NCBI GenBank assembly: GCA_030141605.1
Contig: JAQGDQ010000227.1
Location: 296,458-360,457, forward strand
DNA length: 64,000 nucleotides
Source of the DNA: Tubiluchus corallicola
Lineage: Eukaryota; Animalia; Priapulida
Direction: 5' to 3'
Shown: positions 51,835 to 64,000 of the stretch, one piece after another
Position numbering within the stretch: position 1 is the first letter of the stretch
Layout: the number at the start of each line of letters is the position of its first letter
Program-made: the position numbers and the translations under genes
Notes under the pieces: model-generated
The model's input: only the letters and a program-made list of their open reading frames with translations
Databases searched by the model: none
What the model was told of the DNA's origin: nothing

Positions 51835-52119
51835 TGACGTCACCGGTTCAATTGTTTCTAGTCACTCTTCATCGTATCGTGCGCGTGTTTATGTGCGTGC
51901 GCTGCGGGTAGCAGTGAGACGATCTGTCATAACACGCCAGCGTTGTCATAGCTGGGGTTTCTTTATAGTGGCCCCACTACGCACCGATACTGTCATTCAT
52001 TTGGAGGGAGAGTAATGATAAAAAAGTGACTAATTTGGCGACAATTTTTTCAATTTCATTCAAAAAAGGAAGGTACTCGAAGAAAGGTGTGAACGCTTTA
52101 TTGTGTGAATCAGGTAAGT
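51835..52119 (+). promoter_or_regulatory. Candidate promoter / non-coding first exon
   Basis: Perfect CRE TGACGTCA at 51835-42, locally CpG-rich stretch, then consensus donor CAG|GTAAGT at 52113/52114. Confidence 0.3.
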
Positions 52120-53134
52120 GAACTTTATGATGTAATTTTGATGTAAAAAACAAAATCGTTGATTCAACACAAAGTACTAAGATTTTTTTATTAGTTTTTA
52201 GTTTAGTATTATCACATTCAGTACAATATAATGACGTTAAGCACACAGTGACATCAAAATTATTACGTCATACTGTATTAAATTGTTATGTTTCATACAC
52301 TATCGTTATCATAAAAGAATAATTTTACTGCAGTGGGCTAGAGAAGCAAAGGCTTGTATAAGCCCACTGTCATGCGAACCCGATAAAAAAAGAATGGATG
52401 AGTGAACAAAAGAAAAGAACTGAGAGAAAGGTTAGATCACACAGGAAGGATAGAAGGATGTGTTAGTGGAAATGGTAGGAAGAGAGCTGCTCAGCGTGAA
52501 AGTGTTAAGTTTAAAAAAATAAAACTTCGTTTTTAAGGAAAACGACAGTTTTTTACTATTAACTTTTTTTATACATATTTAGAATTCAAAGGCAGAACAG
52601 GTTTGGCTAGATAGCAAACAAGTATGATCTTTGATTAATAAAATTTTGCGACTGAATTTTTCGTTGAAATGAAATATTGATGAGCATTAGAATATGTTTC
52701 TTCATTGTTGTATTTTTCATGCAATGAAGCCAATTCATGATAATTTCACTGCCTTTGCAATTCAGTTCCGTTATGTTAAATTGATGGTTTAGCATACAAA
52801 ATTTAGTTAACTGTCCCTCACACGGGATTCCGGAATTTCAGGGATTAAGTTTCCGGGATTTCAATATGCAGTGCGACAATTAACGGGAGCAGACGTGGCT
52901 TTCCTGTTCAAATAAAGTTTCCATTGACAGAAGCCCAAGTTAAGCTGTTTATATCAGTAACGCGTGACTTCTTAACTCTTCAAATAAACGAAGTGTCCAA
53001 ATTAATTAGCTAATAAAGCGCCTGCATTCATTATATACCTGACGCGTTGCGTTTGCCTCTTTATGATGCTGTATATTGAAAGAGAATGACCAATTTTCCA
53101 TACACAAGCTAAGTCGCAAAGTAAGTTTAGGTTG

Positions 53135-53600
53135 AAGCACAAGAAAACCATTTACTTACATAAAGGCAAAAAACCTTCTTGAAATTTTTTATCACTGTCT
53201 TATTGCGCACGGAGCTTGCCTTAGTAGTAACGCTGAATAAAATTTGTTAATTTAAACCCACGCGATGGCTGGTTAGATGCAGTCATATTGACGGTAAGTC
53301 TTTGAAAAACAAGTTTAAATAACATTAGGTAAAGTGTTAAAAAATAATTAGAGTATTCGTGGGACACTCTTCCCTAATTAAGCAAAAGTTTAAATTACTT
53401 TATCTTGTCAGTAATATTAAAAATACGTTTTTGGTGAATCAATGGTGCACGCTGGGAAGGTGAGCAACGACATTTTGCCAGGTGGTGCAAACGTTTTAAA
53501 TTACTAAGAATTTTCTTTTCCAATTACAAAAGTCTTTCAAACGGGTAAGCGTAATGCCAAGTAATATAACTTCGCGTGGAAAGTTTTTGAAACATGGTTT
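53135..53600 (-). mobile_element. Degenerate MITE family A-related copy
   Basis: aagcacaagaaaacc end and internal ggtgcacgctgg...cgacattttgcca similarity. Confidence 0.5.
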
Positions 53601-54294
53601 AAAAAAATCCGTTTTTTCCACTTTTAAATTGGGTTTTGTCGAAAACTTGGTATGATGTGGATAAGATGATAGCGTCATTACGACTAAGAATGTTAAAACT
53701 AACGCCTAAATAGAATTCTTGTAAAAAATGTAGCGGAACATGGTGTCCATTGACGAGCGTGGAGAAATACTGTAGCTTTTAAATCTGCTAAAAGAGAAAG
53801 AGAATGGCTTTTATAAAAAAATCTTGAAGTGAAGAAATTTTACGATGTTCAAGGTCTTTCCTCGCGATGTGAAGTTGAGTAATTGACTTTGACACCATTT
53901 TCTACGTTACGAGCTACAGTTGCACATCTAATGTAACATTAAAGAATAGCAGTAAAGCCTGTTTTTAAATTGTGGTACACGTATAACTGTAGCATGTACA
54001 ATTTTTATGATTCGTCATTGTTAAGCTTCGGACAGCATTCTCGATAGTGTGATGCGATGCTGACGGATGATTACTTTTTCGTGGTAAGCTTCCGAAGGCT
54101 AGGTAACCGAATTATTATTGTATAAAAGTATACATGGTAGTATAAACGCTCTGAAGCCAAGCATTACAAATTTCTTATGGATGAATTGCTTTAAAAGTAA
54201 GGCTATGAGGAAGGTATCTGATAACGGCATCGGAGTGTTTCTGATTCAAATTGGTTCAGTTAACTTTCCAGCATCAACGTTCAAATTCACAACA

Positions 54295-54331
54295 TAATAA
54301 TAATAATAATAACAATAACAATAACAACAAC

Positions 54332-54375
<44 letters not shown>

Positions 54376-54622
54376 TTTAAAGTCGGCTTTTTGTATGAAC
54401 AATTAACATTGGCTCCAAGAGCTTTCGGCTGATTGTAAATAACAATCTACAACTATATAACAGAGACTATTATTACCCCACTTTTACCCTAAATACCACG
54501 GCGCCAGGCAGGGCAGCAGCAGGTACTATTTTTAAAGTCTTTGGTATGACCCGGCCGCTGTATCGAACTCACGACCTCCCAGACGGAAAGCGGACGCGTT
54601 ACCACTAGACTAAACCGTCTAG
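54295..54622 (-). mobile_element. Second copy of the same SINE
   Basis: Co-linear with 19965-20258, including A/B boxes and the (TTA)n tail. Confidence 0.8.
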
Positions 54623-54687
54623 TCTTGTAACTTTTGTAGAATATTCTGTTTTTCCGGTGGCTGCCAAGTCTGCAATCTTATCGGTTA

Positions 54688-55349
<662 letters not shown>

Positions 55350-57283
55350 CAAAACGTTTATATATGCTATTTAAAAACCTCATGACTTTACATCAAAAAT
55401 AACATGTTACCAAAAGTTACAAGGGCTGTCATCCATACAACATAACATTACATATTCCTCATTATATTACATGACTAAGACTGAAGTTACATAAAATTTT
55501 CTCATTAGTTATTCGTTTCATTTCATGTTTAGTGAAACGTTGACCCGATTTCACACTATTTCAGACATTGTTCGTTACTTTACGGAATACGGTTGCTCGG
55601 AAATTGGCCGAATATGACAGAATTTCTGATGATTTTTCAGTTCTTTGAAATTTGGAATTGTAGCTGCCATCGCCAAAACCGCACGAGTCGCAGTCAGTGT
55701 GAACTTGCCTTTACATATTGTCGCATATACCTTGCAGTTTTTAAGTAATTGGTTTTGGAAAAAACTTATTAAAAATTTAATATAGAGAAATGATTAAGGG
55801 TCATTGATCTATAAGATATGTTCTACGCCTTTGAGTGTAAGACAGCGCAGGTTAATATCGACTGTAAAACCGACTGTAAAATCGACACTAATCGACTATT
55901 TATTAAATACATCGACTATGAAAGAGTCGACCACTTCTTTCTAAGCACGCCGCCGTCTGCATCAACACCTTCCATTTAACAAATGATTCATAATTTGACA
56001 GCTCTTTCACAGTTAAGTAACAACTTTGGTAGCAGCAATGTAAATCGTGTTACTAGCCTACTCAGTAACTGTTCCCTGTTCAAAATGTGGACCGCTTATA
56101 GCTAATGGTACACGATTTCAACATTCCACAGATTCTGTGCCAAGCTTGTTTTTTGTGCACAGAGTTAAGAGGGAATTACTGTCGCAACTTAAACGCAGAA
56201 AAAACATGCACGAATATAATTAGTTTGTTATTTATTTATTTATTTATGTTTGCAACCAAAATGCTGAACTACAGAACAGTATAAAGCTACAAAATATTAG
56301 AAAGAAGAATAAGCAAGGTAGAACATACAGCGACAATAACTATTTCACCGTTACAAGATACATGAACGAAATGAGTCTAAAGTTATGTTTGTAAATTAAA
56401 TAAACAATTAAACAAACAATTAAATAAACAGACTAAGTTATTTGTTTTCCCTTAGCCCTATAGCTCTTCCCAGTAGCTAATGTGTGTGTAAAGTTGTTTA
56501 GACCCTCCACATGCGCTATTAAGACCCTCCACTGACCTCTAAGATGTCCTCTATCATCTAGAAAGTCCTCCACGAGGAGCTCTGTCCTCTTGGAAATAAT
56601 CTGTCCTCTCGGAAATCCTCTAGGAAGTCTTCTGTTCTCTTGGAAGTTAGTGACAGAGTACTTTTTAGAGAGTAGAGGACATCTAGAGGACAGAACAGCT
56701 CCTGTAGGACAGGGGACTTCTTAGAGGACAGAGCACTTCCGAGAGGACAGAGCACTTCCGAGAGGACGGAGACCGCAGATGTAGGATGAGGACAGAAGAC
56801 TTCCAGAAAAACAGAGGAGTTCCACGTTGACAGAGGACTTTCTAGAGGAAACAGGACTTCTTAGAACACAGAGGACTTCCTAGAAGACAAAGGTTTTCTT
56901 ATGTGTGTGTAAAGTTATCTAGATCCTCCACATGCGCTAAACCTCTTGCGTAATAACGTAATAAACGGTTTAAAGTTTAGATTTTACTAAAATCGTTTAG
57001 CAAAGTTGTTCGATTTTATTGATTTGCCCGTTGCTTTAATCGGTATTTCGAAATGTTTTGAACAGCTGTTGACTGATATGACTGATATCACTTATTACAA
57101 GATACATGTATAAAATAAATTGAAATTAAACGGGTCAAAACTCAAGTTTGGAAATTAAATCAACCATATGAGATAAAACTGTTCTTGAATCTTTCTGTTC
57201 TGCATCTAGGTAAGGAGTATTTCAGAGTGGTGTTGAGTACTATATCTGAGTACAGGCATCTGGCAAGAGAGTGTGGATTTTAT

Positions 57284-58041
57284 TATAGATTTTACATGTC
57301 ATATGTAGACCGACGTTAAGTCAAATGTAGATTTAGGTAATTCAAATGTGTCTTGGTAACTCAAATGTAGACTTAGGTAGTTCAAATGTGTTAACAACGG
57401 TTTTCAAGAAATCTTAAGCGTTTTTGGTAAGTCAAATGTAGACACGTGTCAAGTCAAATGTGACTTTGGTATCTCAAATGTGGATAGGTGGTAAAGTTTA
57501 AGGATGTTAAATCTTAAACTTTAATCTTAATTTAATAATTGCTCTTAAGACTGTGAAAATAATAACCTTATAGGTCTACGAATGGTTCACTAATATTCTG
57601 TAAACTTTACATACCATTGGAACTGTTATAGAAAACAATACATTGTTAAAATAAACAATGTTTCTTGAGAGAAACTAATTCATTAATGCAAAGCTAATGC
57701 ATTACTTAAAAAACTAATTAGTGATTCACTGTTCATTGAGAAGTGTGAACCAATTTATTATTTTCTATTGATGTTATGTTTTATCAAAGAATTTAGTTTG
57801 AGGATAAACAACGCATTTTTCAAAGTTACGAAAGAGGTGATGACTATCTTTGGTTTATCTTTTTGTAACTTGCACTTAAATGAGTTAATTACCGATTTAT
57901 TCAAAGTAATGCATCTACGTTTGACTTACCTAAGTCACATTTGAGTTACCAAAACACATTCGAAACTCCTATGTCTACATTACACATACCTAAGTCACAT
58001 TTGAACTTTCCTGTGTATACATTTAACGTGTAAAACTTATA
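57284..58041 (+). mobile_element. TA-flanked MITE with TCAAATGT-rich subterminal repeats
   Basis: TATAGATTTTACATGTC ... ACGTGTAAAACTTATA; inverted, internally deleted copy at 58903-59261. Confidence 0.75.
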
Positions 58042-58163
58042 TTAGAATTTTGAATTGATAAAAACAAGTTTTGCAGAAAATTCTCCGTATATGAGTAAAC
58101 AAAATTTATTCAAAGCACGCGATCCAGGTCTGCTAATCTTCGCATAGTATTCATGAGCCATTA

Positions 58164-58686
58164 CTTCTCGTTGTAGAAAACAATTGAACGTCTAACGATG
58201 AGCTCAAGATTGCACCTTTCACTTTTACAGCTTATAGATTACATTAAAAAGCATTATCGAGCTCTGAAACTGTAGGAGCAAGTGAAAAAATACCAGGACT
58301 GAAAAGTTTTCTAAAGAGGAGAAGCGAGTAGGAAGGAACAAGTTCTTCAACTTTGAACTTTAAAAATTACATGAAATAACGCATATGTATATAAGGACGT
58401 CTTTTTTTCAAATACACCAGTACTAAGTCACTGCTTAAAGAAAACTTACTTCAATTTTCACTTTCGCAGACGCGTGCAACAATCTTTTGGAATGTTTTTG
58501 TTGTTGAAAAGTTTTCAGTTATGATGACGTCACTAACTACGCCCACCCCCGCTGTTAACTAAGTTTTTAACTCAGTATTTAATTGTCAAACATTTTCAGT
58601 AATAACAGAAATCTTAATATTCTCGCTACATATTAGATCACTGCTTTAGTATGACTATAGATGCAAATAATCAGATCTTTTCATAC
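58164..58686 (+). repeat. Linear paralog of the spacer plus right arm of the terminal palindrome
   Basis: Near-identical to 62860-63376. Confidence 0.92.
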
Positions 58687-58902
58687 CCACGGAACATTTG
58701 AGATAAATATAATGAGTTTCGAATTCTCAACAGCATCAGTTTGATAAGTAACTCACAATATCACAAATTTTTAATATATTTTTAAGTTTGTCAACGTTTC
58801 TGTCGCGAACTTGTGAAATGGCACAGTGTTCTTCGGCACTAAGTCACGAACTTGTAAAAAGTTTAATTCCCAAGGATAAATTTCCTACCTGCACTCTTAT
58901 AC

Positions 58903-59261
58903 TATAGGTTTTACACGTCAAATGTAGACACAGGAAAGTTCAAATGTGACTTAGGTAAGTGAAATGTAGACATAGGAATTTCGAATGTGTTTTGGTAACT
59001 CAAATGTGACTTAGGTAATTATTAAATTATTAAATTAAGATTAAAGGAGATTAAATTTAACATCCTTAAGTTTTACCTGCTATCCACATTTGAGATACCA
59101 ATGTCACATTTGACTTACCAAAAGCGCTTAAGATTTGTTGAAAACCATTGTTAACACATTTGAACTACCTAAATCTACATTTGAGTTACCAAGACACATT
59201 TGAATTACCTAAATCTACATTTGAGTGAACGCAGGTCTACATTTGACATGTAAAACCTATA
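58903..59261 (-). mobile_element. Internally deleted inverted copy of the 57284-58041 MITE
   Basis: TATAGGTTTTACACGTCAAATGTAGAC ... GTCTACATTTGACATGTAAAACCTATA. Confidence 0.8.
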
Positions 59262-59326
59262 CTGTATGCATTTAGATAATTACGTAGTTAATAAGGTGAT
59301 GGCAGTAGTGATTCACTTGAGTTTAA

Positions 59327-59878
59327 AAGACAAGAAAAGGGGTACTTGAAGTAGGATTCAGAAAAATCACCTTAAAAATTATGTTACTTTACAGCAATTT
59401 TATGCATTTATCGTACTCGCGTTGTTATTTGTCTTTCTGTGCAAATCTACATTACTTTGCATTTTGGTTGCCTGCTGGAAAGACTTACGTAACTGGAAAT
59501 AATAATTTAAGATGTTTGTAGCAATGGGTAAAATGTCGCTGACTCCCCCTCCAAGGTGCGCCACAAATTAGCCAAAAACGTATTTTTAATCGTATTGACA
59601 AGATACAGTAATCTAAAATTTTACTTAATTAGCAGCAAGTATGCTACGAATGCCTTGATTATTATTTCAAACTTCACACAATGTTATCAAAACTTGTTTC
59701 AAACGACCTACCATTAAAACGGCTGCGCCTAAGGGTCACCGCGGGAGTTTAAATTTACAAGTTTTACACAGCGTTACTGCCGATGCAACCCCTGTATGAA
59801 AAAGGGTAGTATGTAAGTGGCATAAAACTTCGAGACGAATTTTTTAAGCTTTATGTAAGTGGAAGATTTTCTTGTGCT
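59327..59878 (+). mobile_element. MITE family A copy with an internal deletion
   Basis: TTAA flanks, both TIRs, about 120 bp shorter than 8164-8833. Confidence 0.85.
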
Positions 59879-60276
59879 TTAAAGTTATTTATTACAATTA
59901 AGCTACAGAAGTTTACTTTAGTACAACACGAAATACTTCTTTACTAGCTTTAAATAGAATAATACACAATAATTGTCCAGTTGGAAAGATGTTTCCCACA
60001 GTTTCCTCTGCACATGGACAAATGTAGTACAATGTTTTCTAAATAGGGAGTGCTAACAAGTGATTAACTCTCCTGCACACGGGCAACACTCAAAGAGATA
60101 AAAACCAACAAACTACGAGGAGTTTAAATGAGTCCTTCAAGAACTTTGTTGATTTTTCATTGTTGACAATAAAAAATGGAGAAAATTTAAAAAACACGAA
60201 ATAAGAGAATTTTGTAATAATTAAAAGAAAAAACGTCTATAGCTAATATGGAGGAGCTATCACATTCTGATACTAT

Positions 60277-60524
60277 GTTAGGATGAATACACGCTAGAAA
60301 ACGAAAACGGAAACTAACAATATTCATCCTGACATTTTCAACTACCTGGCAAATATCATACTAAAATTTCATTCTTACGTGGAAGTTATACTTACCTGGA
60401 ACAAGTAAATATAATTTACACGCAAGAAAATTTTTTTAGTGTAATATTTGACAGGTAGTTGAAAATATTCGAACGAATACTATTAGTTTCCACTTCCGTT
60501 TTCTAACTAGTATTCATACTGACA
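60277..60524. mobile_element. Hairpin/MITE-like element with about 90-bp imperfect inverted arms
   Basis: 60277-60366 is the reverse complement of about 60434-60524 (e.g. ttttcaactacctg / caggtagttgaaaa). Confidence 0.6.
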
Positions 60525-60701
60525 TTTTCATCTACCTGTTAAATGAACTTTTCTGAAAACATGGCCACAAGGAAGAATTGAACTCGTGCTTCTATTTAAA
60601 CACAAATGCACTGTTCTGATACCAAGCAGAGAAGTGTTCGAATTTTGATTAATTTCAACCAAAGCTGGGTAGTCATGCTCTAACTATCAATGCTTTCATT
60701 G

Positions 60702-61081
60702 CAGGGCCTATTTCAGCTTAGGCGAGGCCCGGGGAAGTGGGGCGTGTGAGGCACCATCGGGGGGGGGGGGCGCTACCATGGTTGGCGCTCAGAAAATTTT
60801 TGAACTGCTAGAACGCCGGAGAAGCATTTTCGAAGAAAAACTATGGAGTTATACAGTTGTTAAAGGAAAGAACAACTGAAAGAAAAACTGCTTTATTTTC
60901 AAGACCAGTCCTTAATACTTGTCAATACTGGCAAACGGCGCGCGTGCGGCAAGAGAGAGAGAGAGGGAGAGAGGAGGCAGTATGTTCGCATAAAGCAAAA
61001 AATGTTACCTTGGCGCGAGGCCCCCCTGGAGGGTGAGGCCCCGGGGAAGTAGCCCCACTTGCCCCCTTGAAATAGGCCCTG
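60702..61081. mobile_element. hAT-type MITE
   Basis: TIR CAGGGCCTATTTCA/TGAAATAGGCCCTG; TSD tttcattg/tttgattg (7 of 8); gaggccc subterminal motifs. Confidence 0.88.
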
Positions 61082-61562
61082 TTTGATTGTCCCTTTCTTT
61101 ACCTTGTATGCACTGAAGGTATTTTGTTCAGAATGTTGTTTCAAATTTTGAACAGTCTAGTGAACCTGTGACGTTGCTTATATTTCCAATTTCCGTTTTG
61201 TTTAAGGCTCTGATTCATTTAACTTTTGTCACGTCCTTCGAGCTTCTGCTACAGTTAATTTCAGCTTGTTTTATTGTACCAGGTGGGCAGGTCGTGAATC
61301 CTTACCTTTACTTTAGCGATTATCGGGTTGCGGATAAATTTTCAGGAAATTTTTCGCGAAAATTGTCTTCTCTCGCGGTTTTTAAAGTTTCTTGGAAACT
61401 TCTGTATCCTGTTTAAGTGATACTGCATGTGGTATTGTTTAGCAAGAGGCACCATTAAAAGACAAAATTGATGAGAAATTGGTTATAAAGTGCAACATTG
61501 ATGAAAGATTTAGACGAAAGCGGTGTCTATGTTCTGCTATTCAAGCCGTGAAATTTTGGGAA

Positions 61563-64000
<2,438 letters not shown>

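Noticed and set aside
52331-52369. 9-bp hairpin CAGTGGGCT/AGCCCACTG
   Set aside because: Most simply a LINE 3'-UTR stem-loop remnant (similar pieces near 10535-10580 and 24670-24710), not a terminator or ncRNA

Overview
AT-rich, intron- and repeat-rich animal (probably invertebrate) genomic DNA; not prokaryotic, and there is no CRISPR array. Host genes: (1) an EFR3 homolog (PI4KIIIalpha membrane anchor) on the minus strand, with 12 coding exons reconstructed by hand (23316 down to 250, 504 codons, GT-AG junctions, frame-consistent) that runs off the left edge; (2) an intron-containing tRNA-Arg(TCT) head-to-head with the EFR3 start; (3) a two-exon Golgi carbohydrate sulfotransferase (CHST11/HNK-1ST family, 397 aa, minus strand). 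The rest is transposon debris and tandem repeats: three families of TTAA-flanked (Kolobok-like) MITEs, hAT and Tc1/pogo MITEs, a head-to-tail trimer of non-autonomous Helitrons, two tRNA-derived SINEs, LINE and probable Academ remnants, and many mini- and microsatellites. Most notable observations: a minisatellite that has amplified an EFR3 exon/intron junction into seven tandem splice donors, and a roughly 2 kb palindrome whose non-palindromic precursor, still carrying the 6-bp inverted microhomology, lies about 4.7 kb upstream. I found no firm evidence for a wholly new multi-gene system. Family assignments come from recalled motifs, not database searches.
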